A stretch of 64,000 nucleotides of DNA. Origin: Azolla caroliniana. Taxonomy: Eukaryota > Plantae > Polypodiophyta. Below are positions 24,569-34,891 of the stretch, piece after piece. How positions within the stretch are numbered: position 1 is the first letter of the stretch; each line of letters starts with the position of its first letter. The notes beneath the pieces are model-generated. The model saw only the letters and a list, made by a program, of their open reading frames with translations, was not told the DNA's origin and ran no database searches. The stretch is from assembly GCA_043228905.1 (NCBI GenBank), contig JBHGNT010000004.1, positions 8,370,001 through 8,434,000 on the forward strand, written 5' to 3'. The position numbers and the translations under genes are program-made.

Positions 24569-27500
24569 TGTTGGGAATCAACGCTTGGATTCACCTTCTT
24601 CACTCGGCCACAACCGAGTAATCGCGGATCAATGGAGCAGAAAATAGGAACCACAGAGAGAAACAAAATGCGAGCACACAGGGATTAACGTGGAAAACCC
24701 TATACGGGAAAAACCACGGGAGTGCGAGACTCCAAACCAAACTATGCACAGAGAAATATACAATGGCGAGCTGCAAGGCAACGACCTTGAGCTCGCTGTC
24801 CTCGCCACAGGCGGCGGAAATACACAGAGGCGTCTACCTCTTCGTCTCTCTCGCGCTCTATATCTCTCTCTCTCACGGCTGCTCTCTCTTCACTCCTCTT
24901 GAGTGGAAAAACAGAAAAATGAGTAGCAACAACAAAACAGTTTGCCCTAAGTCATATTTATACATATATGACTTTGGGGCTATTTACACCTATAGCCTCA
25001 GGGGCCCATAGCAGACATATTCACGGATATGTCCCTGTATTCGGATCGCTCTCCGGGTACATTCGTCATCCGGCTCCGAAGTCGGGGTCTTCATCATCCG
25101 GTTCCGAAACCGAAACCGGGCTTGTCGGCATTCATCTCCGACATCCGACCATCCCATCCGAAAGGGACCGTAATCCCAACAAACTCCCCCTTCACTTCGG
25201 CATGGGATGTCTTTCCAATCCGATCCTCTTCCGGCATGCTTCCAGCTTGTCGGGTGTGAGCACCTTGGTCAGCATATCCGATCCGTTCTCGTCCGTGTGG
25301 ATCTTTGTCAGCACGAACTCCTTGTCTTCTATCCTTTCCCGGATCCAGTGATATCTTCGCTGGATGTGCTTCGTCCGGGAGTGATAGGCCGCGTTCTTCG
25401 CAAGGTGGATTGCACTCTGACTGTCGCAGTAGAGTCGGTACTCCTCCTGCCGGATACCGAGCTCTCTAATGAAGTCCTTCATCCATATTATTTCCTTGCC
25501 GGCTTCCACAGCCGCCATGTACTCCGCCTCCGTGGTTGACAACGCAACCGTCTTCTGCAGCCTCGACTGCCACGAAACAGCTCCCCCTGCATACGTCATC
25601 ACATACCCTGATGTGGACCGGCTGGTATCTGCATCAGCCGACATATCCGAATCGGTGAAACCGTCGAGTTCGGGTTTACCGGAGCCGAATCGGAGGCACA
25701 CGTTTGCCGTGCCCTTCAGGTATCGAAGTATCCACTTGGCCGCGTTCCAATGCTCTTTGCCGGGATTGCTCATGTACCGGCTCACCACTCCGACTGCATA
25801 TCCTATGTCCGGTCTCGTACACACCATGGCGTACATCAAGCTCCCGACGGCTGAGGCATACGGCACTTTCATCATATCCTCCTTTTCAGCCTTTGTCTTG
25901 GGACTTTGCTTGCTGGACAGTTTGCAGTTTGCCGGGAGGGTCGATCCGACCGGTCTTGCTTCCGACATGTTGAACCGGTGAAGCACCTTCGTCACGTACT
26001 TCTCCTGTGACAGCCACAACTGCTTCTTCTTCCGGTCCCGAATGATGTGCATCCCTAATATTTGCCTCGCCGGACCCAGGTCCTTCATTGAGAAGGTTCG
26101 GTGAAGAGCCTTCTTCAGCATCCGTATCTTGACCTGGTCCCGTCCGACGATCAACATGTCGTCCACGTACAGGAGGAGTATTAGAGAGTCTCCTCCTTCG
26201 AACTTCTTCACAAACACGCAGTGGTCGGACTGCGTTTTGAGGTATCCTTCGTCGGTCATGAAGGAGTCGAACTTCCGGTACCATTGCCGGGGAGCTTGCT
26301 TCAGTCCGTAAAGGCTCTTCTTCAACCGGCATACCAGGTGCTCCTTCCCTTTCTTCTCGAATCCTTCCGGTTGCTGCATGTAGATCTCTTCATCGAGGTC
26401 ACCGTGAAGGAATGCCGTCTTCACGTCCATCTGTTCTACCTCGAGGTCCATGCTTGCCGCTATGCTCAGCACCGTCCGGATGGAGGTCATCTTCACTACC
26501 GGGGCAAATATCTCGTCGAAGTCGACGCCCTTCTTCTGCTGAAACCCCTTCACCACGATCCTGGCTTTGTATCTCGGGGGGTTTCCGGCATCTCCCGGTT
26601 TCAGCTTGAACACCCACTTGTTTCGAAGTGCCCGCTTTCCTTTCGGCAACTCCACAAGTTCATATGTGTGGTTCTCATGCAGGGAATCCATTTCGTCCTG
26701 CATGGCACTCAACCACCTGCGGCTCTGGGTGTCATGCTTTGCTTCTTCAAAGCTCTCCGGCTCCCCCTCGTCGGTTAGCAGCACGTGCTCTGGTTCCGGA
26801 AATCTCCGGGGGGCCCTCCTCTCTCTTAGAGGATATCTCCGTTCGGAAGCTTCGGTAACCGGTTCTTCCGATTCTTCTTCTTCATCCGAATCCATTTCGG
26901 GATCGGGGCCGGTTCCGGTATCGTTCTCATCTTCTTCGGCCGGTTCTGTTTCTTCACCGTCTTCGGCCGTATCCTCGAGTGCTAACCGGTCCCTTGCCGG
27001 TCGGGACTGCTCCTCGTAGAGTTGATCCTCACCGGTCGACTTGGAGCTCTTCACCTTCTTCTCCGACTCCCAGTCGGCGAGTGTCTTGTCCTCCATGAAG
27101 ATGATGTCTCGACTCCTGAATATCTTCTTGTCGACCGGGTCCCATACTCGGTAGCCGAACTCGTCGTCGCCGTATCCGAGGAATATGCATGGCCGGGTCT
27201 TTGGATCTAACTTTCCTCTCCGGTCCTTTGCCACATGCACGTATGCGAGACACCCGAACACCTTCAGATGCCGGTAGGACACTTCCTTACCGGTCCACAC
27301 TTTCTGCGGCGTGTCTCCGTCCAAAGGTACTGAGGGTGATCTGTTTATCACATACGTCGCCGTCGACATTGCCTCAGCCCAAAATCCCTTGGGTAATTTC
27401 GCATGCGCCAGCATACTCCGGACCCTCTCCATTATGGTCCGGTTCATCCTCTCGGCCAGCCCGTTCAGTTCCGGCGTCTTCGGCACAGTAAACTCGAGTC

Positions 27501-29910
27501 GGATACCCTTCGAGCGGCAGTACTCCTGGAACTGCCCCCGGTATTCCCCTCCGTTATCCGCTCGTATCGCTTTCAGCTTATTGCCGGATTCCCTTTCCAC
27601 TCTCGCGTGGAGTTCTTTGAAGACGCACAACACTTGGTCCTTTGTCTTCATCGGTGCCGTCCACAGTTTTCGGCTATGATCATCGATGAATGTTACGAAG
27701 TACTGGGCTCCGCCATGTGACTTCGTCTCTACCTGACACACGTCAGTGTGCACCAACTCCAATGGTGCGCTACGTCTCGTCGGTGGCCTTGAGTGGAAGG
27801 AGGTTCGGTTCTGCTTACCGGCCAGGCAATCGGTGCACTTCTCCAGGTGCACATGCTTCACTGGGATAAGGTTGTCTTCTGCAAGCCTCTTCATCCCCTT
27901 CTCACTCATGTGGCACAGTCTCTTGTGCCACAGCTCACCGGCAGTGTCGGCTGCCACATTCAGCTCTTCCGGACATAACCGGGCATTCATCAGGTACAGT
28001 GTGTTGACTTTCCGGGCCCGAGCCACTATCAGGCTCCCTTTGCTGAACTTCATTACGCCGTTCCGGATGCTACCTGTGTAGCCTTCATCGTCTAGCCTCC
28101 CGGCCGAAATCAGGTTCAATCGAACCTCCGGAACGTGTCGGACATCCTTCAGCAGCATTTTGCATCCGGTCGGGGTTGTCAACCACACGTCTCCGATGCC
28201 GGCAATCCGGCACGTACCTTCATTTCCCATCCGAACACAGCCATGCTTGCCGGCTGTGTAGGATGAAAAGTATCTTCTCTCCGGGGTCAGGTGGAACGAC
28301 GCTCCGGAATCGACCACCCAGGTCGTCTCATCGCCGGCAATGTTTAGTTCACCTTCTTCGGTGATGAGCATGATCTCCTCTTCACTTGCCGCGAGTGCCG
28401 TCGTTCCTTTCCGGTCCTGCCCTCGCCGATCCGGACCTCTCCGGTCCGTGGCTCCCCGGTATGCACCGTTTCTCTCCGGTGACTTCTTCGAATCGGTGTC
28501 GTCGGCTCCGTTGTCCTTTCGGTAATGCCGACAATTCTTCCGAAAGTGCCCCGGCTTCCCACAGTGGAAGCATGTGGGTCTTCCTCTTGACTGCGACCGG
28601 GTCCCCGACTTCTCCCGTCTTTGCGGACTCCGGTTCCATTGTCTTCCCCGATCCGATTCGGTAAACAACATCTTCGGGTCGGAGGCCGGTTCCTTATCTC
28701 TCCGACGCGCTTCTTCATTCAGAATACTTGTCTTTACCGTTTGTAAGGACAAGTTATCTTCGGTGCACGAGGTGCTGAGAGTCACCACCAAGTTCTCCCA
28801 GCTTTCCGGCAATGTACACATCAGGATGATGGCTTGCATTGCATCCTCCAACGGGAACTTGATCGCCGCAAGCTGATTCACGAATCCCATGAACGTGCTT
28901 ACGTGTTCCACCATACTCTCGCCGTCCCGGTACTTGAGATTCACTATCTTCCTCATCAGGGAGGTCCGGTTCAACGCATTCTTCCTCTCGTAGAGGCCCG
29001 ACAGCTTCTTCCACATCTCATATGCGTTGGTGTCGTTTGCCACATGTTGTAGGACGCTCACGTCGACGTATTGTCGGATCGTGGCTACGGCTTTCCGGTT
29101 CAGGAGCTTCCACTCCGACTCAAGTACCCCTTTCGGTATTTCCGACCTGTCAATCGGTTCGTACAGGTCCCGAACAATCAGAAGGTCCTCCATCTTGATC
29201 TTCCAGTCGGCGTAATTCTGTGCATTCAGCACCATCATCATCGGCTGCCCGCTGCCGCCGCCTTCCATTTTCTGCAACAGTCGCTCTGATACCAGTTTGT
29301 TGGGAATCAACGCTTGGATTCACCTTCTTCACTCGGCCACAACCGAGTAATCGCGGATCAATGGAGCAGAAAATAGGAACCACAGAGAGAAACAAAATGC
29401 GAGCACACAGGGATTAACGTGGAAAACCCTATACGGGAAAAACCACGGGAGTGCGAGACTCCAAACCAAACTATGCACAGAGAAATATACAATGGCGAGC
29501 TGCAAGGCAACGACCTTGAGCTCGCTGTCCTCGCCACAGGCGGCGGAAATACACAGAGGCGTCTACCTCTTCGTCTCTCTCGCGCTCTATATCTCTCTCT
29601 CTCACGGCTGCTCTCTCTTCACTCCTCTTGAGTGGAAAAACAGAAAAATGAGTAGCAACAACAAAACAGTTTGCCCTAAGTCATATTTATACATATATGA
29701 CTTTGGGGCTATTTACACCTATAGCCTCAAGGGCCCATAGCAGACATATTCACGGATATGTCCCTGTATTCGGATCGCTCTCCGGGTACATTCGTCATCC
29801 GGCTCCGAAGTCGGGGTCTTCATCATTCGGTTCCGAAACCGAAACCGGGCTTGTCGGCATTCATCTCCGACATCCGACCATCCCATCCGAAAGGGACCGT
29901 AATCCCAACA
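24569..29910 (-). mobile_element. Full-length, very young Tork-like copia (inner element)
   Basis: LTRs 24569-25181 and 29298-29910 (613 bp, two substitutions seen). Perfect TSD AGTAG (24564-24568 and 29911-29915). PBS-Met rc 29283-29294. PPT abuts the stop codon. Confidence 0.97.
25192..29268 (-). CDS. Intact copia Gag-Pol polyprotein (1358 aa)
   Basis: CCHC knuckle, DSGAS protease, HHCC plus D-D-E integrase, YVDD RT, RNase H. No stops. Confidence 0.96.
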   Translation of the reverse strand: MEGGGSGQPMMMVLNAQNYADWKIKMEDLLIVRDLYEPIDRSEIPKGVLESEWKLLNRKAVATIRQYVDVSVLQHVANDTNAYEMWKKLSGLYERKNALNRTSLMRKIVNLKYRDGESMVEHVSTFMGFVNQLAAIKFPLEDAMQAIILMCTLPESWENLVVTLSTSCTEDNLSLQTVKTSILNEEARRRDKEPASDPKMLFTESDRGRQWNRSPQRREKSGTRSQSRGRPTCFHCGKPGHFRKNCRHYRKDNGADDTDSKKSPERNGAYRGATDRRGPDRRGQDRKGTTALAASEEEIMLITEEGELNIAGDETTWVVDSGASFHLTPERRYFSSYTAGKHGCVRMGNEGTCRIAGIGDVWLTTPTGCKMLLKDVRHVPEVRLNLISAGRLDDEGYTGSIRNGVMKFSKGSLIVARARKVNTLYLMNARLCPEELNVAADTAGELWHKRLCHMSEKGMKRLAEDNLIPVKHVHLEKCTDCLAGKQNRTSFHSRPPTRRSAPLELVHTDVCQVETKSHGGAQYFVTFIDDHSRKLWTAPMKTKDQVLCVFKELHARVERESGNKLKAIRADNGGEYRGQFQEYCRSKGIRLEFTVPKTPELNGLAERMNRTIMERVRSMLAHAKLPKGFWAEAMSTATYVINRSPSVPLDGDTPQKVWTGKEVSYRHLKVFGCLAYVHVAKDRRGKLDPKTRPCIFLGYGDDEFGYRVWDPVDKKIFRSRDIIFMEDKTLADWESEKKVKSSKSTGEDQLYEEQSRPARDRLALEDTAEDGEETEPAEEDENDTGTGPDPEMDSDEEEESEEPVTEASERRYPLRERRAPRRFPEPEHVLLTDEGEPESFEEAKHDTQSRRWLSAMQDEMDSLHENHTYELVELPKGKRALRNKWVFKLKPGDAGNPPRYKARIVVKGFQQKKGVDFDEIFAPVVKMTSIRTVLSIAASMDLEVEQMDVKTAFLHGDLDEEIYMQQPEGFEKKGKEHLVCRLKKSLYGLKQAPRQWYRKFDSFMTDEGYLKTQSDHCVFVKKFEGGDSLILLLYVDDMLIVGRDQVKIRMLKKALHRTFSMKDLGPARQILGMHIIRDRKKKQLWLSQEKYVTKVLHRFNMSEARPVGSTLPANCKLSSKQSPKTKAEKEDMMKVPYASAVGSLMYAMVCTRPDIGYAVGVVSRYMSNPGKEHWNAAKWILRYLKGTANVCLRFGSGKPELDGFTDSDMSADADTSRSTSGYVMTYAGGAVSWQSRLQKTVALSTTEAEYMAAVEAGKEIIWMKDFIRELGIRQEEYRLYCDSQSAIHLAKNAAYHSRTKHIQRRYHWIRERIEDKEFVLTKIHTDENGSDMLTKVLTPDKLEACRKRIGLERHPMPK

Positions 29911-30179
29911 AGTAGCAACATTAAAACTGTTTGCCCTAAGTCATATTTATACACATATGACTTTGGGGCTATTTACAACTATAGCCTCAAGGGCCCTTAG
30001 CAAACATATTCACGGATATGTCCCCGCATCCGGATCTCTCTCCGGGTACATTCGTCATCCGGCTCCGAAGCCGGGGTCTTCATCATCCGGTTCCGAAACC
30101 GAAACCGGGCTCGTCGGCATTCATCTCCGACATCCAACCATCCCATCCGAAGGGACCGTAATCCCAACAAACTCCCCCT

Positions 30180-33100
30180 TCACTTCGGCATGGGATGTCT
30201 TTCCAATCCGATCCTCTTCCGGCATGCTTCCAGCTTGTCGGGTGTGAGCACCTTGGTCAGCATATCCGACCCGTTCTCGTCCGTGTGGACCTTCGTCAGC
30301 ACGAACTCCTTGTCTTCTATCCTTTCCCGGATCCAGTGATATCTTCGCTGGATGTGCTTCGTTCGGGAGTGATAGGCCGCGTTCTTTGCAAGGTGGATTG
30401 CACTTTGACTGTCGCAGTAGAGTCGGTACTCCTCCTGCCGGATACCGAGCTCTCTAATGAAGTCCTTCATCCATATTATTTCCTTGCCGGCTTCAACAGC
30501 TGCCATGTACTCCGCGTCCGTGGTTGACAACGCAACCGTCTTCTGCAGCCTCGACTGCCACGAAACGGCTCCCCCTGCATAGGTCATCACATACCCGGAT
30601 GTGGACCGACTGGTATTTGCATCAGCCGACATATCCGAATCGGTAAAACCGTCAAGTTCGGGCTTACCGGAGCCGAATCGAAGGCACACGTTTGCCGTGC
30701 CCTTCAGGTATTGGAGTATCCACTTGGCCGCGTTCCAATGCTCTTTGCCGGGATTGCTCATGTACCGGCTCACCACTCCGACTGCATATCCGATGTCCGG
30801 TCGGGTACACACCATTGCGTACATCAAGCTTCCGACGGCAGAGGCATATGGCACTTTCATCATGTCCTCCTTCTCAGCCTTTGTCTTGGGGCTTTGCTTG
30901 CTGGACAGCTTGCAGTTTGCCGGGAGGGTCGATCCGACCGGTCTTGCTTCCGACATGTTGAACCGTTTAAGCACCTTTGTCACGTACTTCTCCTGTGACA
31001 GCCACAACTGCTTCTTGCTCCGGTCCCGGATGATGTGCATCCCTAGTATTTGTCTCGCCGGACCCAAGTCCTTCATTGAGAAGGTTCGGTGAAGAGCCTT
31101 CTTCAGCATCCGTATCTTGACCTGGTCCCGTCCGACGATCAACATGTCGTCCACGTACAGGAGGAGTATTAGAAAGTCTCCTCCTTCGAACTTCTTCACA
31201 AACACGCAGTGGTCGGACTGCGTTTTGAGGTACCCTTCGTCGGTCATGAAAGAGTCGAACTTCCGGTACCATTGCCGGGGAGCCTGCTTCAGTTCGTAAA
31301 GGCTCTTCTTCAACCGGCATACCAGGTGCTCCTTCCCTTTCTTCTCGAATCCTTCCGGTTGCTGCATGTAGATCTCTTCTTCGAGGTCACCGTGAAGGAA
31401 TGCCGTCTTCACGTCCATCTGTTCTACCTCGAGGTCCATGCTTGCCGCTATGCTCAGCACCGTTCGGATGGAGGTCATCTTCACTACCGGGGCAAATATC
31501 TCGTCGAAGTTGACGCCCTTCTTCTGCTGAAACCCCTTCACCACGATCCTGGCTTTGTATCTCGGGGGGTTTCCGGCATCTCCCGGTTTCAGCTTGAACA
31601 CCCACTTGTTTCGAAGTGCCCGCTTTCCTTTCGGCAACTCCACAAGTTCATATGTATGGTTCTCATGCAGGGAATCCATCTCATCCTGCATGGCACTCAA
31701 CCACCTGCGGCTCTGGGCGTCATGCTTTGCTTCTTCAAAGCTCTCCGGCTCCCCTTCGTCGGTTAGCAGCACGTGCTCTGGTTCCGGAAATCTCCGGGGG
31801 GCCCTTCTCTCTCTTAGAGGATATCTCCGTTCCGGAGCTTCGGTGACCGGCTCCTCCGTTTCCTCTTCATCCGAATCCATTTCGGGATCGGGGCCGGTTC
31901 CGGTATCAGTTTCATCTTCCTCGGCCGGTTCTGTTTCTTCACTGTCTTCGGCCGGATCCTCGAGTGCTAACCGGTCCCTTGCCGGTCGGGACTGCTCCTC
32001 GTAGAGTTGATCCTCACCGGTCGACTTGGAGCTCTTCATCTTCTTCTCCGACTCCCAGTCGGCGAGTGTCTTGTTCTCCATGAAGATGATATCACGACTC
32101 CGGAATATCTTCTTGTCGACCGGGTCCCATACTCGGTAGCCGAACTCGTCATCGCCGTAACCGAGGAATATGCATGGCCGGGTCTTTGGATCTAGCTTTC
32201 CTCTCCGGTCCTTAGCCACATGCACGTATGCGAGACACCCGAACACCTTCAGATGCCGGTAGGATACTTCCCTACCGGTCCACACTCTCTGCGGCGTGTC
32301 TCCGTCCAAAGGTACTGAGGGTGATCTGTTTATCACGTATGTCGCCGTCGACATCGCCTCAGCCCAAAACCCCTTGGGTAATTTCGCATGCGCCAGCATA
32401 CTCCGGACCCTCTCCATTATGGTCCGGTTCATCCTCTCGGCCAGCCCGTTCAGTTCCGGCGTCTTCGGCACAGTAAACTCGAGCCGGATTCCCTTCGAGC
32501 GACAGTACTCCGCGAACTGCCCCCGGTATTCCCCTCCGTTATCCGCTCGTATCGCTTTCAGCTTCTTGCCGGATTCCCTTTCCACTCTCGCGTGGAGTTC
32601 TTTGAAGATGGACAACACTTGGTCCTTTGTCTTCAACGGTGCCGTCCACAGCTTCTGGCTGTGATCATCAATGAATGTCACGAAGTACTGGGCTCCGCCA
32701 TGTGACTTCGTTTCTACCTGACACACATCAGTATGCACCAACTCCAATGGTGCGCTACGTCTCGTCGGTGGCCTTGAGTGGAAGGAGGTTCGGTTCTGCT
32801 TACCGGCCAGGCAATCGGTGCACTTCTCCAGGTGCACATGCTTCACTGGAATAAGGTTGTCTTCTGCAAGCCTCTTCATCCCCTTCTCACTCATGTGGCA
32901 CAGTCTCTTGTGCCACAGCTCACCGGCAGTGTCGGCTGCCACGTTTAACTCTTCCGGACACAACCAGGCATTCATAAGGTACAGTGTGTTGACTTTCCGG
33001 GCCCGAGCCACTATCAGGCTCCCCTTGCTGAACTTCATTACGCCGTTCCGGATGCTACCTGTGTAGCCTTCATCGTCTAGCCTCCTGGCCGAAATCAGGT

Positions 33101-34253
33101 TCAATCGAACCTCCGGAACGTGTCGGACATCCTTCAGCAGCATTTTGCATCCGGTCGGGGTTGTCAACCACACGTCTCCTATGCCGGCAATCCGGCACGT
33201 ACCTTCATTTCCCATCCAAACACAGCCATGCTCACCGGCTGTGTAGGATGAGAAGTATCTTCTTTCCGGGGTCAGGTGGAACGACGCTCCGGAATCGACC
33301 ACCCAGGTAGTCTCATCGCCGGCAATGTTTAGTTCACCTTCTTCGGTGATGAGCATGATCTCCTCTTCACTTGCCGCGAGTGCCGTCGTTCCTTTCCGGT
33401 CCTGCCCTCGCCGATCCGAACCATTCCGGTCCGTGGCTCCCCGGTAAGCACCGTTCCGTTCCGAAGACTTCTTCGAATCGGTGTCGTCGGCTCCGTTGTC
33501 TTTTCGGTAATGCCGACAATTCTTTCGGAAGTGCCCCGGCTTCCCACAGTGGAAGCATGTGGGCCTTCCTCTTGACTGCGACCGGGTCCCCGACTTCTCC
33601 CGTCTTTGCGGACTCCGGTTCCATTGTCTTCCCCGATCCGATTCGGTAAGCAGCGCCTTCGAGTCGGAGGCCGGTTCTTTATCTCTCCGACGCGCTTCTT
33701 CGTTCAAAATACTTGTCTTTACCGTTTGTAGGGACAAGTTATCTTCGGTGCAGGAGGTGCTGAGAGTCACCACCAAGTTCTCCCAGCTTTCCGGCAATGT
33801 ACACATCAGGATGATGGCTTGCATTGCATCCTCCAACGGGAACTTGATCGCCGCAAGCTGATTCACGAATCCCATGAACGTGCTTACGTGTTCCACCATA
33901 CTCTCGCCGTCCCGGTACTTAAGGTTCACTATCTTCCTCATCAGGGAGGTCCGGTTCAACGCATTCTTCCTCTCATAGAGGCCCGACAGCTTCCGCCACA
34001 TCTCATATGCGTTGGTGTCGTTCGCCACATGTTGTAGAACGCTCACGTCTACGTATTGCCGAATGGTTGCAACGGCTTTCCGGTTCAGAAGCCTCCATTC
34101 CGACTCAAGTACCCCCTTCGGTATTTCCGACCTGTCAATCGGTTCGTACAGGTCCCGAACAATCAGAAGATCCTCCATCTTGATCTTCCAGTCGGCGTAA
34201 TTCTGCGCATTCAGCACCATCATCCCCGGCTGCCCGCTGCCGCCGCCTTCCAT
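30180..34253 (-). CDS. Copia Gag-Pol polyprotein (1357 aa), open frame with some missense changes
   Basis: Same domains as the inner element. Substitutions at conserved sites (LYELKQ, ISARRL, STTDAEY). Confidence 0.94.
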   Translation of the reverse strand: MEGGGSGQPGMMVLNAQNYADWKIKMEDLLIVRDLYEPIDRSEIPKGVLESEWRLLNRKAVATIRQYVDVSVLQHVANDTNAYEMWRKLSGLYERKNALNRTSLMRKIVNLKYRDGESMVEHVSTFMGFVNQLAAIKFPLEDAMQAIILMCTLPESWENLVVTLSTSCTEDNLSLQTVKTSILNEEARRRDKEPASDSKALLTESDRGRQWNRSPQRREKSGTRSQSRGRPTCFHCGKPGHFRKNCRHYRKDNGADDTDSKKSSERNGAYRGATDRNGSDRRGQDRKGTTALAASEEEIMLITEEGELNIAGDETTWVVDSGASFHLTPERRYFSSYTAGEHGCVWMGNEGTCRIAGIGDVWLTTPTGCKMLLKDVRHVPEVRLNLISARRLDDEGYTGSIRNGVMKFSKGSLIVARARKVNTLYLMNAWLCPEELNVAADTAGELWHKRLCHMSEKGMKRLAEDNLIPVKHVHLEKCTDCLAGKQNRTSFHSRPPTRRSAPLELVHTDVCQVETKSHGGAQYFVTFIDDHSQKLWTAPLKTKDQVLSIFKELHARVERESGKKLKAIRADNGGEYRGQFAEYCRSKGIRLEFTVPKTPELNGLAERMNRTIMERVRSMLAHAKLPKGFWAEAMSTATYVINRSPSVPLDGDTPQRVWTGREVSYRHLKVFGCLAYVHVAKDRRGKLDPKTRPCIFLGYGDDEFGYRVWDPVDKKIFRSRDIIFMENKTLADWESEKKMKSSKSTGEDQLYEEQSRPARDRLALEDPAEDSEETEPAEEDETDTGTGPDPEMDSDEEETEEPVTEAPERRYPLRERRAPRRFPEPEHVLLTDEGEPESFEEAKHDAQSRRWLSAMQDEMDSLHENHTYELVELPKGKRALRNKWVFKLKPGDAGNPPRYKARIVVKGFQQKKGVNFDEIFAPVVKMTSIRTVLSIAASMDLEVEQMDVKTAFLHGDLEEEIYMQQPEGFEKKGKEHLVCRLKKSLYELKQAPRQWYRKFDSFMTDEGYLKTQSDHCVFVKKFEGGDFLILLLYVDDMLIVGRDQVKIRMLKKALHRTFSMKDLGPARQILGMHIIRDRSKKQLWLSQEKYVTKVLKRFNMSEARPVGSTLPANCKLSSKQSPKTKAEKEDMMKVPYASAVGSLMYAMVCTRPDIGYAVGVVSRYMSNPGKEHWNAAKWILQYLKGTANVCLRFGSGKPELDGFTDSDMSADANTSRSTSGYVMTYAGGAVSWQSRLQKTVALSTTDAEYMAAVEAGKEIIWMKDFIRELGIRQEEYRLYCDSQSAIHLAKNAAYHSRTKHIQRRYHWIRERIEDKEFVLTKVHTDENGSDMLTKVLTPDKLEACRKRIGLERHPMPK

Positions 34254-34891
34254 TTTCTGCAGCAACTCGCTCTGATACCAAATTGATGGAAATTAATTGA
34301 CACTTTCCAAACTTCACCTCTCGGCCACAACCAAGGAAACACACGAATCGTTGTTGCAGAAAATGGGAAATGCAAAAAATAGAGTGGACACACGATTTAA
34401 CGTGGAAAACCCTGTACGGGAAAAAACCACGGGAGTACAAGACTCCAAACCAAAACTATGCACAGAGAAGTATACAATGGCGAGCTGCAAGGTGACGACC
34501 TTGAGCTCGCTGTCCTCGCCACAGGCGGCGGAAATACACAGAGGCGTCGACCTCTTCCTCTCTCACGCTCTATCTCTCTCACGGCTGCTCTCTCTTCACT
34601 CCTCTTGAGTGGAAAAACAGAAAAATGAGTAGCAACATTAAAACTGTTTGCCCTAAGTCATATTTATACACATATGACTTTGGGGCTATTTACAACTATA
34701 GCCTCAAGGGCCCTTAGCAAACATATTCATGGATATGTCCCCGCATCCGGATCTCTCTCCGGGTACATTCGTCATCCGGCTCCAAAGCCGGGGTCTTCAT
34801 CATCTGGTTCCGAAACCGAAACCGGGCTCGTCGGCATTCATCTCCGACATCCGACCATCCCATCCGAAGGGACCGTAATCCCAACATATTC

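Larger units (their letters stand above)
24220..34886 (-). mobile_element. Full-length Tork-like copia (outer element), 3' LTR split by a sister element
   Basis: 5' LTR 34284-34886 (603 bp). 3' LTR is 24220-24568 plus 29916-30169 (603 bp). PBS-Met rc 34269-34280, PPT rc 30172-30180. TSD GATTC/TATTC. Confidence 0.95.

Noticed and set aside
25207-34286. Many 60-185-aa ORFs antisense to or overlapping the copia polyproteins
   Set aside because: These are shadow ORFs of GC-rich coding sequence. They recur only because the two elements are near-identical, and they have no recognisable domains.
24569-34886. Tandem two-element array sharing a central LTR, or an assembly duplication
   Set aside because: The AGTAG TSD, the split 603-bp LTR and the sequence differences between the elements show a true nested insertion.
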